Source: Candidatus Krumholzibacteriota bacterium (GTDB lineage Bacteria > Krumholzibacteriota > Krumholzibacteriia > JAJRXK01). Taken from it: a DNA stretch of 64,000 nt. Position 1 is the stretch's first letter. Each line of letters opens with the position of its first letter. The notes beneath the pieces were generated by a model. That model searched no databases and was not told where the DNA came from. It saw only the letters and a list, made by a program, of their open reading frames with translations. Shown here piece after piece: positions 28,389 through 37,158 of the stretch. The position numbers and the translations under genes were made by a program. The stretch lies in the NCBI GenBank assembly GCA_963764625.1, contig CAVXTH010000006.1, positions 586,029 through 650,028 on the forward strand, read 5' to 3'.

Positions 28389-28796
28389 ATGGTAGAGGTG
28401 AGCGAGAAATCAACGAGCAACCGGGATGTGATCTCCCGCCTAGAGAAGCACGCCGAGTCTGGAAAGTACTGTCTTGCCGCTTACGATTTCGTGTTGCGCG
28501 GACTGGACCAGACGATTCGTGCTCTACCAGAGGTTCGTCACGTCAACGGCCAGGAGCTCATGGAGGGGTTGCAGGCATTCGCCAAGGAACAATTTGGTCC
28601 CATGGCCAAGCACGTGCTCAATTCCTGGGAGATCACGCGCACCGAGGATTTTGGTGAAATCGTGTTCGAACTCGTCGATCAGGGCATTCTGCGCAAGACG
28701 GAGGAAGACCGTCCCGAGGATTTTGCCGATCGCTTCGATTTCGACGTGGTTTTCGAACGGGACTACTACAAAGACCACAAGATCCCGAGCGCTTGA
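28389..28796 (+). CDS. conserved hypothetical protein (135 aa, acidic C-terminus)
   Basis: Clean ORF with an RBS; no recognisable motif. Confidence 0.5.
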   Translation: MVEVSEKSTSNRDVISRLEKHAESGKYCLAAYDFVLRGLDQTIRALPEVRHVNGQELMEGLQAFAKEQFGPMAKHVLNSWEITRTEDFGEIVFELVDQGILRKTEEDRPEDFADRFDFDVVFERDYYKDHKIPSA

Positions 28797-29371
28797 TGGT
28801 CGAGCACCTGCTTTCCGCTCTCATCCTCGGGGGCGGTCGGTCACGCCGCATGGGCCGCGACAAACGGCTCATTTCCCTCCAGCAGAACCATCACCTACTT
28901 GCCGCGATCGTGGCCACGCTTCACACCCTGGAGCTGCCGATCTGGTTTGCAGGGCCGGCGCAGGATGGCGCCCGCCCCGAGCTCGAAGGGGTCGCGGTGT
29001 TGTGGGATCTGCATCCTTACCAGGGGCCTTTGACCGCGCTAGTGGACGCGTGGAGCGTAGTGCGAACGGATCTTGTGGTGGTGGGCGCGGATCTTCCCCG
29101 CTTGCGGGGGGAGTTCTTGCTGAGGCTGGTCGACGACGCCAATGCGCATCCCGAGGCCGAGGCGGTGATTCCCAGCGACGGTGAGTTCTGGCAACCGCTC
29201 TGCGCCGTATATCGGACTCGTTGTTTGACGGCGCTGACCGAGTCGGTTCGCTCGGGCGAGGCATCACTCCTGGCGAGTTTGCAGAGCGGGGATCGTCATG
29301 AACTGCGCATCGTCGACGCCGTAGGAGAGCCGAGTCTGACGAACTGGAATCGTCCACCGGACCGTGACTGA
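28796..29371 (+). CDS. mobA: molybdenum cofactor guanylyltransferase
   Basis: LILGGGRSRRMGRDK nucleotide-binding motif; about 191 aa. Confidence 0.7.
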   Translation: MVEHLLSALILGGGRSRRMGRDKRLISLQQNHHLLAAIVATLHTLELPIWFAGPAQDGARPELEGVAVLWDLHPYQGPLTALVDAWSVVRTDLVVVGADLPRLRGEFLLRLVDDANAHPEAEAVIPSDGEFWQPLCAVYRTRCLTALTESVRSGEASLLASLQSGDRHELRIVDAVGEPSLTNWNRPPDRD

Positions 29372-29411
29372 TCGCAGCGCGGGTTTCGGCCCAAGAGGAG
29401 GTGCACACCCG

Positions 29412-29924
29412 ATGGAAAAGACGTCCAAAGGCAAGACACTGTCTCACCTGGATTCCAGCGGTCGGCCGCGGATGGTCGACGTTGGCGACAAACCTCCGAG
29501 CGATCGCCGCGCGATCGCGAGAGGGCGCATTCGACTCTCGGCGGCGGCCTGGAAGGCGCTTCTCACCCCAGAGGGCACCGGGAAAGGGGAGACGCTCAGC
29601 GTGGCGCAGGTGGCGGCGATCCAGGCGGCCAAGCGAACCGGGGAGTTTATTCCGCTCGCGCACCCCTTGCCCTTGTGTGGGGTGGAGGTCAGCTGGAAGA
29701 AAAGGAGCCAGCGACGCATCCTCGAGGTGAGCGTGCGCGTGCGCACGATCGGACCGACTGGCGTGGAGATGGAAGCGCTGGCGGCGGTCAGTGCCGCGCT
29801 TTTGACGGTGTACGACATGCTCAAAGCGGTGGATCGGGGGATGGTCGTGGGGCCCATTTGGCTCTCGCGGAAAGAGGGCGGCCGCAGCGGGCTCTGCCGC
29901 TTCGACGATCCTCCTCTGAGCTGA
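29412..29924 (+). CDS. moaC: cyclic pyranopterin monophosphate synthase accessory protein
   Basis: MVDVGDKP...AKRTGEFIPLAHPLPL...TGVEMEALAAVSAALLTVYDM matches MoaC. Confidence 0.8.
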   Translation: MEKTSKGKTLSHLDSSGRPRMVDVGDKPPSDRRAIARGRIRLSAAAWKALLTPEGTGKGETLSVAQVAAIQAAKRTGEFIPLAHPLPLCGVEVSWKKRSQRRILEVSVRVRTIGPTGVEMEALAAVSAALLTVYDMLKAVDRGMVVGPIWLSRKEGGRSGLCRFDDPPLS

Positions 29925-30117
29925 TTCTCCTTGACCGCTGCCCTGGACTGCATCTATACAACCAGAACACCCCTGGGAACCCAATTCGTTCGGGAAACGT
30001 ACACGGTGGGGGTCGGTAGTCCCGCCAACCGACCTCGTTGCGGGCAGGCAACGCGGACCCTCCTTCAAGCACAAAGCAATCGGGCTCAGCCAACGCGAAG
30101 AGCCCGTAGGAGCGACG

Positions 30118-30864
30118 ATGCTTCATAGTCTGGCACTCGCGACCATTTTCGGCGATTTCGGCGACATCATCGCGACTTCATCCCTCTTCGCGAAGTTCAT
30201 CATTCTCGTTCTTTTCGTGCTCTCGATCGTGTCCTGGGCCGTGATCGCGGACCGCTATCGGCGATTGCGTCGCGCGGATGCCGAAGATGCCCAATTCTGG
30301 GAACGATTCGATCAAATGGAGAGCTACGAGGAGATGGAAGGTCTCACCCAGTGGTGCGAGAAGAACCAGGATTCGAGCCTGGGGACGATTTTTCGCTTCT
30401 TCCACCGCGAATTCTGGCCCCGCTATCTCTCCCATCGAACGCAAGGCAGTGAGGACACCCTCAGGGGTTTGCTGCGACGCGGGGCCGATCGTGTTGCCAC
30501 CAAACGGATCGAAGAACTGGAGAGGGGCGTCACCTGGTTGGCCACCCTCAGTTCGATCGCCCCGTTTCTGGGGTTGTTGGGTACGGTCTGGGGCATCATG
30601 GGCTCGTTCCTCCAAATCGGCCGCCAGGGGACCGCGACCCTCGACGCGGTGGGTCCCGGCATCGCCGAAGCCCTGGTGACGACGGTCTGCGGACTCTTCG
30701 TCGCCATTCCCGCGGTCATCGGCTACAACTGGCTCTTGCGTCGCATTCGCGGGCAGGAGAGCGAGATGCTGCGGCTGATCAGCATTTTGGAAGATCACGT
30801 GGCGACAGAGACCCTCTCGGTGGGTGAGGAGGAGGTGCGTGTCAACGCGGGGGGATTCCACTGA
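30118..30864 (+). CDS. tolQ: Tol-Pal system protein TolQ (MotA/ExbB family)
   Basis: 3 TM; MotA/TolQ/ExbB proton-channel signature; first gene of the tol-pal block. Confidence 0.8.
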   Translation: MLHSLALATIFGDFGDIIATSSLFAKFIILVLFVLSIVSWAVIADRYRRLRRADAEDAQFWERFDQMESYEEMEGLTQWCEKNQDSSLGTIFRFFHREFWPRYLSHRTQGSEDTLRGLLRRGADRVATKRIEELERGVTWLATLSSIAPFLGLLGTVWGIMGSFLQIGRQGTATLDAVGPGIAEALVTTVCGLFVAIPAVIGYNWLLRRIRGQESEMLRLISILEDHVATETLSVGEEEVRVNAGGFH

Positions 30865-31286
30865 TGCGTACCAGCGGCTCGCTCCGGGGACGAGCACACT
30901 ATTCGCAACTCGCGGAAATCAACGTGACCTCTCTGGTCGACGTCACCCTGGTTCTGCTCATCGTCTTCATGCTCACCGCGCCCTTCATTCAGGGTGGGGT
31001 TGAAGTCGATTTGCCTTCCACCCATTCCGTACAGGAAGTAGCGCAGGAGGGCATCGTCATCTCGTTGGACAAATCCCGGCGCGTGTACGTGGATGATGAC
31101 CCGGTTCCCATGAGCCAGTTGGCGGAAATCCTTCGCGCCAGTCATCCTCAGGGTGATTCCCGTCCGGTGTATCTCCGCAGCGACCAAGCGGTGCCATATG
31201 GCTTCGTGATTCGCGTCATGGGAGAGATCAAGGCGGCGGGAGTCGAAACCCTCAGCCTGGTGGTCGAGCCCGAGACCGAGAGCTGA
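30864..31286 (+). CDS. tolR: Tol-Pal system protein TolR (ExbD family)
   Basis: INVTSLVDVTLVLLIVFM TM helix; 140 aa. Confidence 0.8.
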   Translation: MRTSGSLRGRAHYSQLAEINVTSLVDVTLVLLIVFMLTAPFIQGGVEVDLPSTHSVQEVAQEGIVISLDKSRRVYVDDDPVPMSQLAEILRASHPQGDSRPVYLRSDQAVPYGFVIRVMGEIKAAGVETLSLVVEPETES

Positions 31287-31299
31287 AGCGCAAGGCCTC

Positions 31300-32058
31300 A
31301 TGCGAAACACCCTCTTGGCATCGTTCTTCGCGCACATCGTCGCGACACTGCTCTTCGGAGCGGTGAGCGTAGCCTTGCGCCGACCTCTCCAACCCGCGGA
31401 GTACATCAGCGTGAACTTGGCTTCGCTCCCTCTGGTCGAGCCCAAAGCAAAGCCCGCCGAAGTGGTGAGGGAGAAACCGGTACCCTTGGCGCCCCAGGAA
31501 GTGAAGAGCACCGCGCCCGAACCCGAGATGGACCTGAGCCAGCCGAAACCCGAGGAGCCCACCGAGCAGCTCGTGCCTCCTCGCCCCGATCTGCCTCCGG
31601 CCAGCAAGAAGGAAAAACCCAAGGAGCTGCCAAAAGAGAAGCTTCCAGAACCCGCGCCGCCCACCACCGCCAAGCAAGAGCCGAAAGTGGAGGCCAAGGA
31701 AGCGCCGCCTCAGGAAACGGCCTCGACCCAGTCGAACTCCGGCCCGGCGGTGCAGGTCGAGAAGCACGAGGGAGTTCCCGACTACTATCTCGCCCTGCTG
31801 CAGCGCAAGATCGACCGTCGCTGGGAGCCTTCTGCCGCCACGACCCGAGGGGGCCCGGCGGTCGCCTGTCTCATCCGCTTTCGCGTGTCGCCGGCGGGAA
31901 TCATCGAAGATCCCAGAATCGTCGAGAGCAGCGGCTTTTCCGTGTTCGACCGGGAGGCCCTGCGTGCCGTCATCTCCGCTTCTCCCTTGCCGCCGCCGCC
32001 CGCGGGTTCGCGCGCCTCGGAGCTTCCCATCAGCGTTCGATTTCACCTGGAGCCATAG
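31300..32058 (+). CDS. tolA: TolA/TonB-family energy transducer (Pro/Lys-rich linker plus TonB_C domain)
   Basis: N-terminal TM, proline-rich spacer, C-terminal TonB-like domain; position between tolR and tolB. Confidence 0.65.
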   Translation: MRNTLLASFFAHIVATLLFGAVSVALRRPLQPAEYISVNLASLPLVEPKAKPAEVVREKPVPLAPQEVKSTAPEPEMDLSQPKPEEPTEQLVPPRPDLPPASKKEKPKELPKEKLPEPAPPTTAKQEPKVEAKEAPPQETASTQSNSGPAVQVEKHEGVPDYYLALLQRKIDRRWEPSAATTRGGPAVACLIRFRVSPAGIIEDPRIVESSGFSVFDREALRAVISASPLPPPPAGSRASELPISVRFHLEP

Positions 32059-32066
32059 GAGCAACC

Positions 32067-33413
32067 GTGCGCGGTCCGACCGTCAAAATCCTCTTCTTCT
32101 GCGTTTGCCTCTTCCTGCTCACAGGGGAGAGCTTCGCGCAGAAGGACCAAGGTGTTCTCATCGACTTGCATCGTCAGGGGTCGCGCCGCGTACGCCTCAC
32201 CCTGCTCTCACTGGAAATCGAGAGCGGGGAAGCCACGGTGGCAAGTCAGGGGGCAGCGTTGGCGTGTCGTCTGGTGCGCGACTTCGCCTACAGCGGCGTC
32301 CTGGAAGTGGTGGGATCTCTTCCTGAGGGAGTGACATTGCCGCCGACGACTCCGGCAGCTTCCACGGAAGAAGAGCCCAAACCCGACGCCGTCGTTGGGC
32401 TCAGCCTGAGCGGTGAGGATCCGACCGGAATGGTTCTGACCGCGCGATTGCTGGCTCCGGGCGCGCAGACTCTCATCGTGGGGAAGCGATACGTCGTCGA
32501 TCTCAAAGATCCCGGTCCCGCGGTGCATCACTTCTGCGACGTGGTGGTGAACCGACTGACCGGCGAAGCCGGAATCGCGCGCACCCGGATTCTCTTCAGT
32601 CGAGGGAACCGAGAGAAGCGTGAGATCTTTCTGGTCGACTACGACGGTGAGAACCTGAAACAGGTCACGCGCAACGGAAGCATCAACCTGGCTCCCTGCT
32701 GGTCCCCGGACAGCAACCGGGCCTGCTATACCTCGTACTACCAAGGACGCCAACGACTGCTGATTCTGGACGGGAAGACCGGGCGAAGCGAGCGCGTGAG
32801 CGACTTCCCCGGCCTGAACGTGGGGGCGAGCTGGGATCCGCGTTCGGGTGGACTCGTGGTCACCCTCAGCCGCGACGGAAACGCTGAGATCTATAGGATT
32901 GACGGGAAGGGGGGCATCGTGCAGCGTCTGACGCACGGTCCCTCGATTGAATGCTCCCCGGATTTCGATCCCACCGGGCAGCAAGTGGTCTTTACCAGCG
33001 ATCGCACCGGAAGGCCGCAGATTTATGTCATGGATCGCGAGGGCGCGAACCGCCGTCGCTTGAGTTATGAAGGTGATTACAACGACAGCGCGGATTGGTC
33101 GCCTCGTGGAGACCGCATTGCCTATGTCTGCCGGATCGCCGGACGCTTTCAGGTTTTTACCATCGAACCCGACGGAAGCAATCTGCAACAGATCACCTTC
33201 AGCCAAGATGGAAACAACGAAGACCCCTCGTGGGCTCCCGATGGACGCCACCTGGTGGTGAGCAGCGATCGCTCAGGACAAACGAGTCTCTGGGTCTTGG
33301 ACGTCGAAGGCGGGACTGCTCGCCGACTGACCAGTGGAGCAGAGGACGACACCTGTCCCGATTGGAGCGGAACGGACAATCCGGCCGTGCCCTCGGGCAA
33401 TTCCGATTCGTGA
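32067..33413 (+). CDS. tolB: Tol-Pal system beta-propeller protein TolB
   Basis: Signal peptide; TolB N-domain; WD40-like repeats (SPDG...YTS, DIYVMD). Confidence 0.85.
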   Translation: MRGPTVKILFFCVCLFLLTGESFAQKDQGVLIDLHRQGSRRVRLTLLSLEIESGEATVASQGAALACRLVRDFAYSGVLEVVGSLPEGVTLPPTTPAASTEEEPKPDAVVGLSLSGEDPTGMVLTARLLAPGAQTLIVGKRYVVDLKDPGPAVHHFCDVVVNRLTGEAGIARTRILFSRGNREKREIFLVDYDGENLKQVTRNGSINLAPCWSPDSNRACYTSYYQGRQRLLILDGKTGRSERVSDFPGLNVGASWDPRSGGLVVTLSRDGNAEIYRIDGKGGIVQRLTHGPSIECSPDFDPTGQQVVFTSDRTGRPQIYVMDREGANRRRLSYEGDYNDSADWSPRGDRIAYVCRIAGRFQVFTIEPDGSNLQQITFSQDGNNEDPSWAPDGRHLVVSSDRSGQTSLWVLDVEGGTARRLTSGAEDDTCPDWSGTDNPAVPSGNSDS

Positions 33414-33426
33414 GGAGGAAACGCGT

Positions 33427-34020
33427 ATGAACCGTCAAACCTTTCATGCCGCGCGCAGTCTCAGCTACACCGTAGCTCTCATCGCCCTACTGATCCTGGG
33501 CTTCACCCTGAACGGATGTGGGAAGAAGAACGAAGAAGTACAGACCAATCCCGAAGACAGCGGGATGAGTGGTGACAAGGGGGTCGACAACGTCGATCTC
33601 AAGGAGGGCTCGTTCGAGGGGAAGGACATGGGGAACGAGGGAGTGGAGAGCTCCGATCTCCAGACCCCCACCGAAGAGCCCACGCCGGCAGTCGTGCTGC
33701 AGGATGTGTTCTTCGACTATGACAAGTCCGATCTCTCGGACGAAGCGCGCACCACTCTCAACCAGGACGGGCGCTTGCTTCGCGATCAGAAGGACGTTCG
33801 CATCCTCATCGAAGGTCATTGCGATGAGAGGGGCACCGTTCAGTACAACCTTGCCCTGGGCGAGAAACGAGCCAAGGAAGCCAAGGCCTACCTGGTGGAT
33901 CTCGGCATTGCGTCCACCAGAATCGACGTCGTGAGCTACGGCAAGGAGAAACCGTTCGCGTTGGGTCACGACGAGGCGGCCTGGATGCAGAATCGACGAG
34001 CCCACCTGTTGGTTCGCTAG
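33427..34020 (+). CDS. pal: peptidoglycan-associated lipoprotein Pal (OmpA-family)
   Basis: Lipobox LNGCG; OmpA_C domain (VLLQDVFFDYDKSDL...IEGHCDERGTVQYNLALGEKRA). Confidence 0.85.
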   Translation: MNRQTFHAARSLSYTVALIALLILGFTLNGCGKKNEEVQTNPEDSGMSGDKGVDNVDLKEGSFEGKDMGNEGVESSDLQTPTEEPTPAVVLQDVFFDYDKSDLSDEARTTLNQDGRLLRDQKDVRILIEGHCDERGTVQYNLALGEKRAKEAKAYLVDLGIASTRIDVVSYGKEKPFALGHDEAAWMQNRRAHLLVR

Positions 34021-34033
34021 AGAGGAGCCGATC

Positions 34034-34942
34034 ATGAGACGCGAGAGATCGATGTTTGCAGTGGCGCTTGCCCTCTTGTTTCTGCCGGGATGCGCGCAGC
34101 TCACGCGGATCGAAGACAAAGTCGACGACGTCTCCGCGACGAGCCACGGCCTGGAGCGCCAGCAGAGCGCGACCGCCGAGCAGGTGGACGGGATCAAGAA
34201 GTCGCTCGAGTCGGAGGGAATCACCAGCGACGAGAAACGCGCCGATCTGCTCTCGCGGTTCAAGGACATGGAGCGTTCCGTGCAGCAACTCGAAGCACGC
34301 GTAGAGGACCAGGGAAACCTGCTCACCCACATCCAGGCGAGTCTCGACTTGTTGGTCGCGGGCGAGAATCCGAATCCTCGAACAAGAGCGGCGCAAGACG
34401 AGAGCTACGGCACGGAGCCCGATTCGAGCGCGACGACCGGCGGAGGCACGCCGCCGCCGGCCGATCGCGCTGCCCCGCCTCCCGCGAGCGACGCGGGGGC
34501 GGGCGAGAGCGCGGTGGATTCGATGTCTTCCACCCAGGGGGTCTCCTCGGGCTCGCCCGGGGTCGAGGTGTATGACGCAGCCTTTCGTGACTTCACGAAG
34601 GGTTCGTACAGCCTGGCGCGCGAAGGCTTCAAGGAGTTCCTGGCGCGCTACCCCGACTCGGATCTCTCGGACAACGCGAGCTACTGGATCGGAGAGACCT
34701 GGTACGCCCAGGGGAACTACCAGGAGGCGGTGCGTCACTTCGATGCGGTTTTGCGGACTTACCCTGAGGGTGATATAATTCCTGGCGCTCTACTCAAGTC
34801 GTCGAATTGCCACCTCGAGCTCGGCGAAAAGGATCGCGCGCTCGAGGGCTATCGGCGGCTGGTTCGGGAGTATCCCAACAGCGATGAAGCGTTCATCGCC
34901 CAACACAAACTCACCGATGCTGGGGTCGCCACCAAACCCTGA
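34034..34942 (+). CDS. cpoB: Tol-Pal system protein CpoB/YbgF (coiled coil plus TPR)
   Basis: Signal peptide; N-terminal coiled coil; C-terminal TPR (SYSLAREGFKEFLARYPDSDLSDNASYWIGETWYAQGNY). Confidence 0.75.
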   Translation: MRRERSMFAVALALLFLPGCAQLTRIEDKVDDVSATSHGLERQQSATAEQVDGIKKSLESEGITSDEKRADLLSRFKDMERSVQQLEARVEDQGNLLTHIQASLDLLVAGENPNPRTRAAQDESYGTEPDSSATTGGGTPPPADRAAPPPASDAGAGESAVDSMSSTQGVSSGSPGVEVYDAAFRDFTKGSYSLAREGFKEFLARYPDSDLSDNASYWIGETWYAQGNYQEAVRHFDAVLRTYPEGDIIPGALLKSSNCHLELGEKDRALEGYRRLVREYPNSDEAFIAQHKLTDAGVATKP

Positions 34943-34949
34943 GAGGACC

Positions 34950-35282
34950 ATGCCGAAAATACCTGCCCTACGCGTTGCACGGAGTCTAGAACAGGCCTTC
35001 CGCCCGCACGACCTCTGCTCCGTCGATTCGGACTACCACGTCTTCGTGGTGGCCTACTCGGGCTCGTACGTGGAACACAGCCATCCGGCCGACGAGTTCA
35101 TCCTCATCCTGGAGGGCGAGCTCACGATCGAAGTCGCCGGGGGAGCCCAGATCCTGCGCCAGGGTGACGCCTTCCTCGTACCCACGGGGACCCTCCATCG
35201 TCCGCGCAGCGCCCGCCGCACCCTTGCTCTCGTGATGGAGCGCCGCGGCCTCCAAACCAGAGCCCGGGGACCCCTGCCGTAG
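34950..35282 (+). CDS. cupin-domain protein
   Basis: Cupin motifs HSHPADEFILILEGE and GDAFLVPTGTLH; 110 aa. Confidence 0.6.
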   Translation: MPKIPALRVARSLEQAFRPHDLCSVDSDYHVFVVAYSGSYVEHSHPADEFILILEGELTIEVAGGAQILRQGDAFLVPTGTLHRPRSARRTLALVMERRGLQTRARGPLP

Positions 35283-35349
35283 GGTTCGTGGAGGCGGTTG
35301 CCTTTCCTGTTTTCTTCGCCTATCCTAGTGCGCAGGAAGGAGGAGCGAC
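35283..35349 (+). promoter_or_regulatory. lexA promoter/operator region (candidate palindrome TCCTAGTGCGCAGGA just 5' of the RBS)
   Basis: 67-nt intergenic segment upstream of lexA; imperfect palindrome with TCCT/AGGA arms; the lineage-specific LexA box is not recognised with certainty. Confidence 0.3.
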
Positions 35350-35952
35350 GTGTATCTCACCAAACGGCAGTCTCAGCTCCTGGACTATCTGCGCTCGAGC
35401 ATCGCGAGTAACGGCTATGCGCCCAGCCTCGAGGAAATCGCGGCTCACTTCGAACTCTCCTCGGTAGGTACGGTTCACAAGCACCTCAAGGCGCTCGAGG
35501 ACAAGGGCGTCATCCAACGGCAGTGGAATCGCAGCCGGGCGATCGAGGTCGTGGGTCTCATGGACGGCAAGGCGCGCCGCCTGCCGTTGTTGGGAACGGT
35601 GGCCGCGGGCCGACCCATCGAAGCGGTTCCGGAGTCGGAGAGCATCGCGGTTCCCGAAGACATGATCGGCCGGGGACCCGCCTACGTGCTGCGGGTCAAA
35701 GGCGATTCGATGCTCGGCGATTCCATTCGGGACGGCGATTACGTGGTGGTGGAGCAACGGGAGCATCCGGACAACGGCGACATCGTCATCGCGCTCCTCG
35801 AGGGTGAAAACGTCACGCTCAAGCGCTTCTATCGCGAGGGAAACATGGTGCGGCTCGAACCAGCGAGCAGTACCCACGATGTGATCTCGGTCCCGGCGGA
35901 TCGAATGCAAATCCAGGGAATCGTGGTGGGTATTCTGCGCCGCTTTTTCTAG
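35350..35952 (+). CDS. lexA: LexA repressor
   Basis: wHTH N-domain; Ala-Gly cleavage site (VAAGRPI); Ser (KGDSMLG) and Lys (TLKRF) of the S24 peptidase dyad; GTG start with AGGAAGGAGGAG RBS. Confidence 0.9.
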   Translation: MYLTKRQSQLLDYLRSSIASNGYAPSLEEIAAHFELSSVGTVHKHLKALEDKGVIQRQWNRSRAIEVVGLMDGKARRLPLLGTVAAGRPIEAVPESESIAVPEDMIGRGPAYVLRVKGDSMLGDSIRDGDYVVVEQREHPDNGDIVIALLEGENVTLKRFYREGNMVRLEPASSTHDVISVPADRMQIQGIVVGILRRFF

Positions 35953-35955
35953 GCC

Positions 35956-37071
35956 ATGGTTCGTCCACGCCTTCTTCATCTGCGGTTCGAACCGCGCTCC
36001 GTCGCCTCGACACATCCCCGAAAGCCGAACCCGGCCGCGCCCCGTCCCGCTTCGACAGACGAGTTTTCCCTGCGCCGTCTGCGGCCCTGGTCGCCTTCGC
36101 CCCGAATCGATGGAAGCGCGGCGGTTGCTTCGCTCGGTGCCTTTGCCACCGAGCCGGGTCTGCCAGGATCCTTCTTGAAATTCCTCGAGGACACAGCGCC
36201 CAAGGTGGAGCCCATCGGGCGTTGGGGAGTGCTGCTGGATCTCAGTGGTTGCGAACGGCTTCATCCCAATCGGGGAACCCTGCTGACGGAGATCAACCAG
36301 CAGCTGCCGCGGAACGGCTCACTCGGCATGGCAGCGGGAGAAGGAGCGACGCGAGTGGTCGCGCGTCTGGCCGCTGCGGTGGCGCCGCCAGGAAGTTGGT
36401 GGAGCGTGGAGCCGGCGGCGAGCGCGAGCTTCCTCGCGCCCTTCCCCCTGCAGTGTCTGAGGGACGAATACCCGCGCTGGGTCGAGGCTCTGAGCGATCT
36501 GGGTCTGTGCACTCTGGGCGATCTGGCCGCGATCCCCACGGACTTGCTCCAGCGGGCGCTGGGCGTGGGCGCGCGGGCCATTTGGGAGGACGCCAGGGGC
36601 GAAGGATCGCACACGGTGCATCGCCGGCTCGAACCACCGCTGCTCCGCGCGCGGCACCGCTTCGTGCTTCCTGAGAGCGAACCGGGCCTGGTCGCTTCGG
36701 CTCTGGGGGTTTTAGCAGATCGTCTAGCGGTCGAGCTCCAATCGCACCAACTGGTCGCAGGCCGGCTCCAGTTACGGATCGGTTTTCACGGAGGGGGACG
36801 GATGCAGCGCAGCATGACGCTGTCTTCGGCCTCTGACCGTCTCCACGACATCCGAGCTGCGGGCTGGACGCTGTGGAAAGAGGGAGCGCAGCGGCGGACC
36901 GCCGTCACCGGTTGCGAGCTTCGCGCCGAGTTGCTTCGCAAGCGCCCGGCCGAGAGCCTTTGCTTCGATTTCGCGAGAGCACGCGAGGACCTGGCCCCGG
37001 CCATCAACTCGATCCGGCAACGCTTCGGGTCGACGGCGATTCAGTGGTCACCCGAGCTCTGGATGGATTAG
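35956..37071 (+). CDS. imuB: ImuB-like Y-family DNA polymerase homolog (N-terminally divergent; probably non-catalytic)
   Basis: VLLDLSGCERLHPNRGTLL resembles the ImuB LDVTGCAHLFGG segment; thumb/HhH region FLAPFPLQCLRDEYPRWVEALSDLGLCTLGDLAAIPTDLLQRALG matches the Y-family L..LwGiG...L..lGi.T.gdLa consensus; directly downstream of lexA. Confidence 0.55.
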   Translation: MVRPRLLHLRFEPRSVASTHPRKPNPAAPRPASTDEFSLRRLRPWSPSPRIDGSAAVASLGAFATEPGLPGSFLKFLEDTAPKVEPIGRWGVLLDLSGCERLHPNRGTLLTEINQQLPRNGSLGMAAGEGATRVVARLAAAVAPPGSWWSVEPAASASFLAPFPLQCLRDEYPRWVEALSDLGLCTLGDLAAIPTDLLQRALGVGARAIWEDARGEGSHTVHRRLEPPLLRARHRFVLPESEPGLVASALGVLADRLAVELQSHQLVAGRLQLRIGFHGGGRMQRSMTLSSASDRLHDIRAAGWTLWKEGAQRRTAVTGCELRAELLRKRPAESLCFDFARAREDLAPAINSIRQRFGSTAIQWSPELWMD

Positions 37072-37158
37072 TTCCTGAGCTGCGGGATCGAAGTCCCAAG
37101 CTCGTCGTGAGAGGAGTGTGGTATCCTCAAAGCGGATTCGCACAGGAGACACTTCTAC

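Noticed and set aside
29925-30117. Possible ncRNA or tRNA in the 190-bp gap between moaC and tolQ
   Set aside because: No tRNA-like acceptor/T-arm pattern, no strong hairpins or terminator; most simply the tolQ promoter/leader
35283-35349. Definite LexA box assignment
   Set aside because: Neither CTGT-N8-ACAG, GAAC-N4-GTTC nor GTTC-N7-GTTC is present; only an imperfect TCCT...AGGA palindrome and a GTTC-N9-GTTG repeat, insufficient for a firm call
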